Source of the DNA: Candidatus Poseidoniaceae archaeon
Lineage (GTDB): Archaea; Thermoplasmatota; Poseidoniia; Poseidoniales; Poseidoniaceae
Length of the DNA stretch: 64,000 bases
Direction of reading: 5' to 3'
Assembly (NCBI GenBank): GCA_049616955.1
Contig: JBMZIJ010000001.1
Coordinates: 66,797 to 130,796 of the forward strand
Shown here: in pieces, positions 52,358 through 62,001 of the stretch
Position numbering within the stretch: the stretch's first letter is position 1
How the letters are laid out: the number at the start of each line of letters is the position of its first letter
Program-made: the position numbers and the translations under genes
The notes under the pieces: model-generated
What the model saw: only the letters and a program-made list of their open reading frames with translations
Told to the model about the DNA's origin: nothing
Database searches by the model: none

Positions 52358-53887
52358 GTGGGAACCGATTCGTTTACTGAACTGAAGTGGTTCAATCACT
52401 TTTTGCAAGGTACACCTGGCGATCAAGAAATTGGTGGAAAGCCGAGGCAAGTTCCTCATGCATGTTGGTCTCGTGTTAAACCTACTCAGGTTCCAGATCC
52501 AGTCCTTCGTTTGTGGTCTAAAGAAATGGCAACGGAATTAAACGTCAACCCGGATGCAGCGGACATTCTTGGCGGGAATCGAATCGTCGATGGAATGGAT
52601 CCCTATGCACAACGGTATGGTGGACACCAATTCGGTAATTGGGCGAATCAACTTGGAGATGGACGTGCAATTACATTAGGTGAGGTTGACACTGGAAGGG
52701 AACGTCTCGAGTTGCAATTGAAAGGGCCAGGGATAACACCATATTCACGATTTGCGGATGGCAAGGCAGTACTCCGATCATCGATTCGTGAGTTTTTGTG
52801 CAGCGAAGCAATGCATCATCTCGGAATCCCAACCACGCGGGCACTCTCGCTGGTCACAACTGGAGAGGAGGTGGTTCGAGATGTCATGTACGATGGGAAT
52901 CCTGCTCCGGAACAGGGAGCCATCGTCTGTCGAATCGCTCCAAGTTTCCTCAGATTTGGTTCGTACCAAATCCACTCAATGAATGGGGATCTCAACACGT
53001 TGCGAACCTTGGTTGATTTTTCGGTCAAGCAACACTTCCCAAACCATACGACCACCAGTGATGAAGGATTAGTGAATTGGTTGAAGCACGTTGGTGAAGA
53101 AACTGCTCACATGATCTCGGAATGGATGCGGGTTGGATTTGTTCATGGTGTCATGAACACCGACAACATGTCCATCCATGGATTGACCATCGATTATGGT
53201 CCGTACGGTTGGATTGAAGATTTTAATCCAAATTGGACTCCAAACACCACTGACGCACGAACAGGAAGGTACAGATTTGGCCAACAGGCACAGATTGGTG
53301 CCTGGAATTTTGCTCGTTTGTTGGAATCGATTTCCCCACTTATGGAAGAACCAGAGCGGTTGTATGAGTGTCTCGACTCTTACTACACTGCATATGAACT
53401 TGCAAACAATCGAATGTGGTCGAAGAAACTCGGTTTCGATGAATTCAAAGAAGGTGATGAACTTCTTGTCAAGGAACTCACTGCAAACCTTCAGTTGGTC
53501 GAAACGGACATGACTATTTTCTTCAGATTACTCTCGAAACTTGAAGAACCTGTCATTGATCATCTTTCGTTCGCATTTTATGATGCAACAACCATTCCAA
53601 ATGATGAATGGAATCAATGGTTGCAGAAATGGTGGAATCGAACAAACGGTCTACCAAACCGAGAAGCAATGCTTGCATCAAATCCAAAGTTCGTCCTTCG
53701 TAACTGGATGGCACAACTTGCGATTGATGCTGCAGAGAAAGAGGATTATTCCATTGCTGAATCACTGTACGAATTACTCAAGAAGCCATACGACGAGCAA
53801 ATGGAACATCAAGAACAATGGTTCCAAAAACGACCTGAGTGGGCACGACATCGTGTTGGATGCTCGATGCTCTCGTGCTCAAGTTGA
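52358..53887 (+). CDS. selO: Protein adenylyltransferase SelO (YdiU/UPF0061 pseudokinase-fold AMPylase)
   Basis: 'YGGHQFGNWANQLGDGRAITLGE', 'LQLKGPGITPYSRFADGKAVLRSSIREFLCSEAMHHLGIPTTRALSLV', 'GFVHGVMNTDNMSIHGLTIDYGPYGW' and the C-terminal 'SCSS'. GTG start. Confidence 0.9.
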   Translation: MGTDSFTELKWFNHFLQGTPGDQEIGGKPRQVPHACWSRVKPTQVPDPVLRLWSKEMATELNVNPDAADILGGNRIVDGMDPYAQRYGGHQFGNWANQLGDGRAITLGEVDTGRERLELQLKGPGITPYSRFADGKAVLRSSIREFLCSEAMHHLGIPTTRALSLVTTGEEVVRDVMYDGNPAPEQGAIVCRIAPSFLRFGSYQIHSMNGDLNTLRTLVDFSVKQHFPNHTTTSDEGLVNWLKHVGEETAHMISEWMRVGFVHGVMNTDNMSIHGLTIDYGPYGWIEDFNPNWTPNTTDARTGRYRFGQQAQIGAWNFARLLESISPLMEEPERLYECLDSYYTAYELANNRMWSKKLGFDEFKEGDELLVKELTANLQLVETDMTIFFRLLSKLEEPVIDHLSFAFYDATTIPNDEWNQWLQKWWNRTNGLPNREAMLASNPKFVLRNWMAQLAIDAAEKEDYSIAESLYELLKKPYDEQMEHQEQWFQKRPEWARHRVGCSMLSCSS

Positions 53888-53890
53888 ACC

Positions 53891-54595
53891 TTATTCCTCT
53901 TCCCAACCATGACGTTTTGCAAGTTCCTTACTGACAAGCGGTTTGTTGCAGTGAGGACATGAATCCGAAGGTGAAAGAAGATCGGGTCGGATGGCGAGGA
54001 CTGCCATACAACTTGGACAAGCTGCTAACATTTCTCCATCCTCGAGATCGGCCTCAGGTGTTGGAATAAACGTTGTATACCCTTGTCTATAGAGTGGAGA
54101 GAAATGATATCGAACACGTTGAAATGAACTGTAAGCCGCATAACCCATAATCAGCATGAACAGAAGACCACCCGCTGCTCCCGAAATGACAGCGAATAAA
54201 TTGACCAAAAAGAAGAGGAAGAAAATAACCGATGCAAAGGCAATAATGAGTGCTGCTGGCCAATATGCCCAACTACGTCGAGAACGATACGAGAACCACG
54301 TCGAGGTTGTTATGAACAAAGGTATAGCCCAGATGAGTATTGCGACTCGTCCAAAATAGTCCTGTGCGAGTGTTGAAAATTCCAATGCTAACAGAACGAT
54401 GATGAGGCTATCAATCGCTAGAATCAGGGACGTGCTTCGATGTGTTTGATCGAAGATGGCTGAAAGCGTTGCAGAAGCACGCTGCCCCCCCGAACCAGCA
54501 AGGACAATATCGTCCCCTCGATTCCCTGCCATACATCGACGAATCATCGCCCGCTCATGAAGGCTTGTGAACAGCGAAGAAGTCTTGATGGTCAA
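53891..54595 (-). CDS. Multi-pass membrane protein with C-terminal zinc ribbon
   Basis: 234 aa with ~4 hydrophobic helices, then 'CPSCMAVLAIRPDLLSPSDSCPHC'. No family recognised. Confidence 0.55.
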   Translation of the reverse strand: MTIKTSSLFTSLHERAMIRRCMAGNRGDDIVLAGSGGQRASATLSAIFDQTHRSTSLILAIDSLIIVLLALEFSTLAQDYFGRVAILIWAIPLFITTSTWFSYRSRRSWAYWPAALIIAFASVIFFLFFLVNLFAVISGAAGGLLFMLIMGYAAYSSFQRVRYHFSPLYRQGYTTFIPTPEADLEDGEMLAACPSCMAVLAIRPDLLSPSDSCPHCNKPLVSKELAKRHGWEEE

Positions 54596-54610
54596 TACGC
54601 TCGCAAGGTC

Positions 54611-55807
54611 ATGAGCGTCCGTGATACCGACGTTGAGTTGCGTGGCTCCAGCCTTGCGGGCAAACGTATTCTCGTTGGCGTCACAGGTGGAATCGCAGCA
54701 GTTGATTCTGTTCGGCTTCTACGTGAAATGCGCAGGCATGGTGCGGAAATGCTGGTGATTATGACGGAAAGTGCACGACGTGTCATTACACCACTCGCCA
54801 TTGAATGGGCAAGCCAATGCCAGGTCATTACTGATTGGGATGGCGACATGAAACAACTTGAGGATGTGGATGCGATTCTTGTAGCTCCAGCAACACGGAA
54901 CACAATTGCCGCTCACTTGCATGGCATGCAACAAGGACCACTGTTAATGGCACTCAGTGCTGCACGATCACGAAACACCCACGTACTGATGGTTCCAAGC
55001 ATGCATGCAGACCTTGCCGATGATCCGGTCACCGATGACATCGTTGACCGTTTGCGTGAAGAAGGCATTGATGTGATGTGGGGTGACCTTGAGGAAGGAA
55101 AACGAAAGACGCCAAGTCATGAACACATCGTTGCCAGGTTTGCTCATGGAATCAATTCAAGATTATCACATCGAAAGAGCGTCGTGATTACACTTGGTGG
55201 GACTTACTCACCAATCGATGATGTACGTGGCGTGCAGAACACAAGTTCAGGAGCAACAGGTTATGCCCTTGCAGATGAGTTGTATCGATATGGACACGAT
55301 GTGACATGTGTTGTTGGAAGAACAAGTATTGCCCAGCCCACATGGTTACCCCTTTGCATTAAGGCTGAACAGCCCGATGAAATGCTTGCAGAATTGAAAG
55401 CGCTAGCAAACGATGAGATTCATGCATGGGTTCACGCCGCTGCTGTTCTTGATTACGTTGTTGAAGCGCCTGCTGAAGGAAAGTTAGCCAGTCAACAAGG
55501 GCCGCTACAAGTCAATCTCGTTGAAGGTGCAAAACACATTCAAGAATTGAAGGAAAAGGTTCGAGGTTCAACACGAATTGGATTCAAATTAGAAACTGGA
55601 ATCAAGCAACGAGATTTAATTCACAGGGCAACAGCTCAAATCGAACATTCTGAAATGACCGCTGTCGTTGCAAATCGATTGGAAGATCTAGGTGACCAAT
55701 CAAAACCGCGTGGATACCTTGTCGACAAGCAAGGAAGTCATTTTGTCCTTCAGACACAAGATGACCTCAATGATGCATTGCGAACCATCATCGAACGAGG
55801 CGATTGA
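54611..55807 (+). CDS. coaBC: Bifunctional phosphopantothenoylcysteine decarboxylase / phosphopantothenate-cysteine ligase (CoaBC)
   Basis: Flavoprotein part 'GKRILVGVTGGIAAVDSVRLLREMRRHG', 'VAPATRNTIA'. Ligase part 'ITLGGTYSPIDDVRGVQNTSSG', 'AAAVLDY'. Start at the ATG at 54611. Confidence 0.85.
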   Translation: MSVRDTDVELRGSSLAGKRILVGVTGGIAAVDSVRLLREMRRHGAEMLVIMTESARRVITPLAIEWASQCQVITDWDGDMKQLEDVDAILVAPATRNTIAAHLHGMQQGPLLMALSAARSRNTHVLMVPSMHADLADDPVTDDIVDRLREEGIDVMWGDLEEGKRKTPSHEHIVARFAHGINSRLSHRKSVVITLGGTYSPIDDVRGVQNTSSGATGYALADELYRYGHDVTCVVGRTSIAQPTWLPLCIKAEQPDEMLAELKALANDEIHAWVHAAAVLDYVVEAPAEGKLASQQGPLQVNLVEGAKHIQELKEKVRGSTRIGFKLETGIKQRDLIHRATAQIEHSEMTAVVANRLEDLGDQSKPRGYLVDKQGSHFVLQTQDDLNDALRTIIERGD

Positions 55808-55808
55808 T

Positions 55809-56414
55809 GTGCGACGCTTTGCTGTCATTGGCCATCGTGCGATGAGCAAAGGGAAATTGCCCCTGAACGATCTTGCAGGAGGTGCTGGACGAATGGATGT
55901 TCTCATTCGTGCCGTTATGTCTGCCTTGTTGACTTCGCATGGGCTACGGGATGATGTCGAAGTTGTCCTCCATCTCCAAGGGGGCCCAGGACCGCATCGT
56001 CGATTGAAATTTGTTGGTTCCGAACTTCGAGGGTTTCATGCTGAGGAGCGAAGCGTTGCTGGATTAATCGCCAAAGCCATTCGAGAACCTCTGCCAGCCA
56101 TTGGTCACTGGGTTGAGCGTACACCGGGTCTTTACGATGGAGGTGGCAAGTTGTCCCATACCATTGCTGAATGGAACGATTCGAAATTGATTCGACTCGA
56201 TGCGGATGCTGAACGACTCTGGAAACAAGAGAGTACGATTCCAATTCAATCAACACCGAATGAGGATTCGATCGCCTTCTTACTTTCAGACGACCAACCA
56301 TTAGAGATGGAAGTAGGCATTGCCAGGTCCCTCGGAACAACTTGGTTGCAAGGACATCATGCAATAGCGATTTGTCATTTCCTACTTGATGAAGGCGTTC
56401 AACTCAACCTTTGA
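55809..56414 (+). CDS. trmY: tRNA (pseudouridine54-N1)-methyltransferase TrmY (SPOUT, DUF358)
   Basis: 'RRFAVIGHRAMSKGKLPLNDLAGGAGRMDVLIRAVMSALLTSHGLRDDVEVVLHL...RRLKFVGSELRGFHAEERSVAGLI'. GTG start 2 nt after the coaBC stop. Confidence 0.75.
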   Translation: MRRFAVIGHRAMSKGKLPLNDLAGGAGRMDVLIRAVMSALLTSHGLRDDVEVVLHLQGGPGPHRRLKFVGSELRGFHAEERSVAGLIAKAIREPLPAIGHWVERTPGLYDGGGKLSHTIAEWNDSKLIRLDADAERLWKQESTIPIQSTPNEDSIAFLLSDDQPLEMEVGIARSLGTTWLQGHHAIAICHFLLDEGVQLNL

Positions 56415-57381
56415 ACCAAGTCGGATGTCCAGTCTCGTCAGCACGAAGTGCATGTGCGAGTAATTCGTCATCAAGTGCAAGCGGATGCGTCTGTGGCCAA
56501 GTTGGTAGTGAGGAAATACTTGCATGACCAGTTCCGACTGAATCACAATCGCCTTTCTCGACTGTTTCCGTATCGATATAAGCAGCTCCAATGGTAAAAG
56601 TTGATTCGACTGAACCTGCTTTACCCTCTCCAAATTGAACAGCGTTTCGGTACCATCGCATTCCTAATCGGGTTGTTTGATAGGCTCCATTCCATTCTGG
56701 TGGAACATTCAGATTCAGCATAAGTTCTCCATGATGGAATGCACTCATGAGTTGTTGATCTGCTTCACGCTGAGAACGTTTGGCTGCAGGTTTCGGCCAC
56801 GATGAGACGTGTTTTGAACGAGCATCGATATGAGGACGACAAAGGTTCTGAGGTGTCTTTGGAACGAGGGGAAGAACGCGTTGCACAAGTTCAACGGTCG
56901 CATCAATACCAACATGCATCCCTTCGGGGTCAAATGAAGTATAGGAACTTGCAATTGCTGGAATGCCATACAAACCCGCTTCACGGGCAGCACCCATCGT
57001 CCCACTGTGATAAGAATCCTGAGACAGATTTGGTCCGAGATTGACCCCAGAAAGAACGAGGGAGGGTTGAATGTCTGGAAGTACATGATTGAGGCCTCCA
57101 TCAAGAGCAACAATCATCGTATCACATGGTGTACCATCAAGTGCAAACAAATGAACGCCAATCGATTCATCAAGCCCCCATCGATGAATCAATTCATTTC
57201 GATTGTGAAGATCGATCGGTGTGCCAAGATTCAATTGCATACTGCAAGCAGATTTGTTACCAGATGGTGCAAAAGCGACGATTGGAATCCCTGCCTTGTT
57301 CATGGCTTTGACAAGAAGTTCGAAGCCTGGGGCTTCAATTCCGTCATCGTTGGTCAAAAGAACCCATTTTGCTTCCATCAT
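56404..57381 (-). CDS. surE: 5'/3'-nucleotidase SurE (long form)
   Basis: 'VLLTNDDGIEAPGFELL', 'LVLSGVNLGPNL', 'SGTMGAAREA'. 325 aa, longer than the usual ~250 aa. Confidence 0.85.
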   Translation of the reverse strand: MMEAKWVLLTNDDGIEAPGFELLVKAMNKAGIPIVAFAPSGNKSACSMQLNLGTPIDLHNRNELIHRWGLDESIGVHLFALDGTPCDTMIVALDGGLNHVLPDIQPSLVLSGVNLGPNLSQDSYHSGTMGAAREAGLYGIPAIASSYTSFDPEGMHVGIDATVELVQRVLPLVPKTPQNLCRPHIDARSKHVSSWPKPAAKRSQREADQQLMSAFHHGELMLNLNVPPEWNGAYQTTRLGMRWYRNAVQFGEGKAGSVESTFTIGAAYIDTETVEKGDCDSVGTGHASISSLPTWPQTHPLALDDELLAHALRADETGHPTWFKG

Positions 57382-58358
57382 TCAGCCCCCTCTCTTGCAC
57401 CCTTGTTATCAAGTAATGTTTGATTCGTAAGGTGTTCTCCATAGACAATGGAAATGATTCCAAGCATCAGAATTGGACCACCAATCCATGTCCACATACC
57501 TGGGATTCCTGTCGAGAAAAACATCCAACCGATGAGCGAACCAAGCACAGGTTCGAGCGTTACACTGATCGAAATCAAGAGCGGAGAAACATACTTCAGA
57601 CAATAATTCAAACCCGTGTGGCCAAGAATTCCAGCAATGAAAGCAAGTAAAACAAACCAAACCAGCGTTTCATGACCGAGGTATCCAAACGCTCCAAACT
57701 CGGAATAATCGGATTCAAGCAGATATGAGGCAGGAACAAGAAGGAGACCTCCGATGAGTGTCACTGGGAAGGCATACAGGAACAATGGCATCCATTCCCG
57801 GAGAATTCGTCCACAGACGATGTAACCTACAACAAAAACTGCACCTAGAAAGGCCAACTGATCGCCAAAGAAGGTTACTGAACGATCACCCTGGACATCA
57901 CCAGCATCCAGCATTGAAATGGCTGCACCTGTAAAGGCAGCAATTCCTCCAACCAATTCCAATCGATTTGGTCTCCGAACAAAGACGAACATTCCTATCA
58001 AAATAACGAGGGGGTGTGCCGTTACGAACAACAGAGAGTGTGTTAGGGATGTGTAATCAAGTGAAGTTACCCAGAAACCAAAATGCAATGCTAGGAAGAT
58101 TCCACTTGCCACAATGATTTTTGCCGTGGACAGATCAAACAATTTTGACTTTATCTCCGAATCAATTTGGTTGAATTGCCAAAGTGCAAGAGGTGCAAGG
58201 ATCAAGGCAGTCAGTTGTAGACGCCATGAAGCACGCAACAGGGGCGGAATATCGTCAACATGCGTAAAGATCGCACCTGCACTTGAAACACCACAAATCG
58301 CAACACCGAGAACCAGCCAGACATGTGCTGGGACTGTGCCGCTACTCATGACGGTCAC
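57378..58358 (-). CDS. EamA/DMT-family transporter
   Basis: 326 aa with ten hydrophobic helices in two EamA-like halves. Overlaps the surE start and the OPT stop by 4 nt each. Confidence 0.7.
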   Translation of the reverse strand: MTVMSSGTVPAHVWLVLGVAICGVSSAGAIFTHVDDIPPLLRASWRLQLTALILAPLALWQFNQIDSEIKSKLFDLSTAKIIVASGIFLALHFGFWVTSLDYTSLTHSLLFVTAHPLVILIGMFVFVRRPNRLELVGGIAAFTGAAISMLDAGDVQGDRSVTFFGDQLAFLGAVFVVGYIVCGRILREWMPLFLYAFPVTLIGGLLLVPASYLLESDYSEFGAFGYLGHETLVWFVLLAFIAGILGHTGLNYCLKYVSPLLISISVTLEPVLGSLIGWMFFSTGIPGMWTWIGGPILMLGIISIVYGEHLTNQTLLDNKGAREGAE

Positions 58359-60712
58359 GACTCGTTGACCAATTCAGCATCCATAACCGGTGGAGCACCG
58401 ATAACACCTGCTCGCTTGAAGAGAGCATAGATGATCCATCCAATTCCAACGTTGAGTCCGATGAATCCTGCCATTCGACCAATGTACCACCCTGAACTGT
58501 TTGGATCAGGAACAAGTGTGTCGATAAACGAGAGAATACTGGATTCCGTTCCAAAGAATGCCTCACCAGTCAAGAGACCAGCAGCGACCATGAAGGTGCT
58601 TAAGAGAATCAACGCACGCTTCTTCTCAGCAGCTGTTGCTCCTTCCTCAGCCTTGATCGCCTCAATCTTTGGCTTGAGTTTCTTCTCTTCCCACTTGTCA
58701 CGACTGTATCCACCGATGAGCATTGGGAGCGTGTGTGGGACGTCGAGGTACATGCCGAGACCGAAGGAGGTACCCATACCAGTGACCCATTCAACAAACA
58801 TTCCCAAGAGGAAGCCAAGTCCGAGGAGGTACAAGTCACCCTGACCTTCAGCGAAAATAACCGAGAAGGTTGCGAAGGCGTTTGCTTGTGGAGCAATCAG
58901 ATCAATTCGACCCTCAGCAAGTTGAATCGAGAGGAAGATAGCAACGGCAGCACCGATGATTGCTCCGGGAACAACACCCATGATGTTCCCCTTCGAAATG
59001 TGGTACGGACGGTTACCGATGTAGAGGCTGTTCTTGTAGTCTCCAATAACCGTTCCAGACATTGAAATTGCTGATCCAAAGACGGTTGTTCCAACAAGTC
59101 CGAGAAGTACAGCATCCTGTTTATTCAGTCCAAGGGCAGTATCGAAGTTGAGGAAGATACCAAGAAGCATGAGCAAGACAATGAACGAGGTACCAGAAAC
59201 CGGTTCGATACCCGTCTCACCCATAACACGGACTGCAATCGCACCCAAAAGGAACGTTGTCATGATGAGGACTGTTGCAAAGATGACTGCTGCAGCAATC
59301 GGGAAACCACCAACCCAGAAGATGAGAATCATGGAGAGGAAGGTCAATCCCATGAAGATTGGAATGTGCATCAATGGCCACTCGTACCAGCCTTTGCCTT
59401 CCATGTATTCTTGCGAACCTTCACCCTTGAAGGCTGCTCCAATGTCCTTGAAGATGTTCGCAAACGTTCGCCACATCTTTGCGAGACCAAACATACCACC
59501 ACCCACAATGGAGCCGATAGCGATGGTTCGAACCGTCTTTGAAAAGGCGATCATCTGCAACGCTTGACCACCTTCGCTCGCATAGGCTTGGATAGGTACG
59601 TTGGCTTGCATGGTTGCATCGTAGACAGGGAAATTCGCAAACACAGCGAGTGGAACAAGGAAGAACCAACCCACAAGTGTACCGAGGTTCACCAAGAACG
59701 CAACACGTGTTTTCATGAACCAACCAATGGCGAACATCGATGGTGTTAATGCAACACCAACATAGGTGTAAGCAAAAGGATTCCATGCGCTATCTTCCGA
59801 CCATTGTGTGTACTTCTTCGACGATCCGTCTTCATAAATTCCAGATGGTTGGTGGATTTTTCCTGCACTGTAAAACGAGGCGAGTCCAACATCACCAACG
59901 TGCAACGTTTCTGCAAGATAATCCATGACGGAGAGTTTCTTATCGGAAAGCCAAATCAGAGGATATTCGATGAGGAACATACCAATCATGGTGATTCCAG
60001 TCCATAACCCAATGGTTTTCAGCGACTCACGAGCGTGTTCGACAGCACCGGTGTTGACGTCAGAGGCAATATCCAACATCTTCAGGGTCGCTTCAAATCC
60101 AGGTAGTGGAAGAGGATCTTCTACCAACCAAACACGTCTGAAGATGATGAAATACATCACGCCAAGGAAACCTGCGAACATGGATGCGACAATGGCAATG
60201 AAAGCAAGCCTGAACGCTTCACCATCCTCCAATGTGATCAACGGCCCATCAGCGAGTGAATACTGAGCTTTGGATGCTAACAGGAAAATTGCGGGGAAGG
60301 TGAAAATGAACCCCGTCGATGCGTGTGTTGCACCTGTCGTGGCAGAAGTCGCAATGTTCACTTCGGAAGGTGACCACTTGAGTGCCATACCCAACAGGTA
60401 CGCAATGTACCACGCTGCGGAGATAGCAAGTCCGAGCTTCAATCCAATGTATGCGGTAACACCGGAGAAGATTGCACCAATGGCAATCCCGATCATGACT
60501 TTGGATGGCGACCAATGCGATACTTCGAAGGATTCATCGAGGTTTTTCTCTTCGAGATATTGTTCCAAAACACCTGTGTTGAGGTTGTTGTACATCTCGT
60601 CATCAAGCCATGTCAATGTCCCGTCCTCAATCGCTTTGAGTCCTTTTGCAGTAACCGGCTGACGGTATGCTGAGCGTTGAACTGTTGAATCCGATGAAGA
60701 TTTCTCGTCCAT
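58355..60712 (-). CDS. OPT-family oligopeptide transporter
   Basis: About 785 aa and polytopic. 'VMIGIAIGAIFSGVTAYIGLKLGLAISAA' resembles the OPT N-terminal signature. Start at the ATG at 60712; the track ORF extends to 60877. Confidence 0.7.
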   Translation of the reverse strand: MDEKSSSDSTVQRSAYRQPVTAKGLKAIEDGTLTWLDDEMYNNLNTGVLEQYLEEKNLDESFEVSHWSPSKVMIGIAIGAIFSGVTAYIGLKLGLAISAAWYIAYLLGMALKWSPSEVNIATSATTGATHASTGFIFTFPAIFLLASKAQYSLADGPLITLEDGEAFRLAFIAIVASMFAGFLGVMYFIIFRRVWLVEDPLPLPGFEATLKMLDIASDVNTGAVEHARESLKTIGLWTGITMIGMFLIEYPLIWLSDKKLSVMDYLAETLHVGDVGLASFYSAGKIHQPSGIYEDGSSKKYTQWSEDSAWNPFAYTYVGVALTPSMFAIGWFMKTRVAFLVNLGTLVGWFFLVPLAVFANFPVYDATMQANVPIQAYASEGGQALQMIAFSKTVRTIAIGSIVGGGMFGLAKMWRTFANIFKDIGAAFKGEGSQEYMEGKGWYEWPLMHIPIFMGLTFLSMILIFWVGGFPIAAAVIFATVLIMTTFLLGAIAVRVMGETGIEPVSGTSFIVLLMLLGIFLNFDTALGLNKQDAVLLGLVGTTVFGSAISMSGTVIGDYKNSLYIGNRPYHISKGNIMGVVPGAIIGAAVAIFLSIQLAEGRIDLIAPQANAFATFSVIFAEGQGDLYLLGLGFLLGMFVEWVTGMGTSFGLGMYLDVPHTLPMLIGGYSRDKWEEKKLKPKIEAIKAEEGATAAEKKRALILLSTFMVAAGLLTGEAFFGTESSILSFIDTLVPDPNSSGWYIGRMAGFIGLNVGIGWIIYALFKRAGVIGAPPVMDAELVNES

Positions 60713-60829
60713 AGTGTCCACTCCCAATATAATGCTGGTGACGCGGGCACTTGAATACAGTTGCCCTCGGGAATTTCGAATACGCTCACAAAACGTAGGG
60801 TTTATTCGTACGGATTGTGATGCAACTAC

Positions 60830-61288
60830 ATGAGCGGAACAACTGGTGAGGCGAAACTTTTGCGACTTGGGGCACAAGATTTGAACAACGATGGTCGAAT
60901 CATCAACCTCGTTATTGCAGGTTCAAGTCGGTTCTACGACTACTCTGTCATCGAAGAAATTCTGGATCAATGGATTGAGATTGAGGGCTATCCTGATCTC
61001 ATTATTGTTGGTGGTGCAAGTGGTGTTGACTACCTTGCGGAACGCTGGGCAACCAACAATCACATCGAGTTCATCATGTTCAATGAATTCTGGGACAATC
61101 CACGTCCAGGACTCGAAGATTCAGGACGAGATGAGGCACCACTGGAATTGACCAAAAAACTCCTCGAAGCAGCAACACACGTCCTTGCATTCCTTGGCGA
61201 AGGCAGCAAGTGGACGAAGGTTGTCGCCGATGAGGCACATCAACGAGGCATTCCTACGTACGTGCATCACTTGGATGAGTCTGATTGA
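60830..61288 (+). CDS. DUF2493 / SLOG-superfamily Rossmann-like protein
   Basis: 'LVIAGSSRFYDYSVIEEILDQWIEIEGYPDLIIVGGASGVDYLAERWA' matches the DUF2493 pattern (GSR..D, then hGGa.GaD.lAe.WA). 152 aa. Confidence 0.65.
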   Translation: MSGTTGEAKLLRLGAQDLNNDGRIINLVIAGSSRFYDYSVIEEILDQWIEIEGYPDLIIVGGASGVDYLAERWATNNHIEFIMFNEFWDNPRPGLEDSGRDEAPLELTKKLLEAATHVLAFLGEGSKWTKVVADEAHQRGIPTYVHHLDESD

Positions 61289-61998
61289 GAATGTTTGATG
61301 AAGCGTGCAGGGATCCCCGCCCATACTTCGCCATCTGGAATGACCTTCCGCTTCGGAAGTACAGCCCGACTACCTAAGATGCAATTCTCACCAATTCGAG
61401 AACCTGGCCCAACCATGGTTGCACCACCAACGGTGGAATTCGCTCCAACGATGACCTTCTCAAGCACGATGTTACCATTCTCGACAAGGTGTCCATTGAT
61501 GGTTGCCCCTCCTCCGACAACCACATTATCGCCCAACTCAACCAGTGAAGGATCGTTGATTGTCGAAGAATTGATGTTCACATTCTTTCCAATTTTGCAT
61601 CCAGCCAAACGGTAGTATGCATTCGCGAAAAATGACGGAACAATATGGTTCAAGAACGGTTGGGTGGAACGGTGAAGTTGGCCACAAATAGCCCATCGGA
61701 TGGTTGTCATAGAGGCTAAAGGCGCTACTCTTCGATCCTTAAATCGTAGTTGAATAATGGCTTGTAAGGTGCCCGAAAGGAGCAAGAGAAACATGCCCCA
61801 TGTCAGAAATGCAATCGAGGCCGAGAAGCCAATGAGGAACAAGTCTGGCCAACTTTTGTCCCCCGGTCCAAAGGATGTCATCCAATCAAAAACGTAGATG
61901 GCTGGGGCAATCGGTAAGCCCCATACAATTCCCATGAGGAGAATCATCACGATGGAAAGCACGGCTTGTATCTGTGTGAAGCCACGCATGGCGTTCAC
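61267..61998 (-). CDS. Membrane-anchored hexapeptide-repeat (left-handed beta-helix) transferase
   Basis: N-terminal hydrophobic helices followed by LbH repeats 'IGKNVNINSSTI...LGDNVVVGGGATINGHLVENGNIVLEKVIVGANSTVGGATMVGPGSRIGENCILGSRAVL'. Confidence 0.7.
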   Translation of the reverse strand: MNAMRGFTQIQAVLSIVMILLMGIVWGLPIAPAIYVFDWMTSFGPGDKSWPDLFLIGFSASIAFLTWGMFLLLLSGTLQAIIQLRFKDRRVAPLASMTTIRWAICGQLHRSTQPFLNHIVPSFFANAYYRLAGCKIGKNVNINSSTINDPSLVELGDNVVVGGGATINGHLVENGNIVLEKVIVGANSTVGGATMVGPGSRIGENCILGSRAVLPKRKVIPDGEVWAGIPARFIKHSQSDSSK

Positions 61999-62001
61999 CC
62001 A

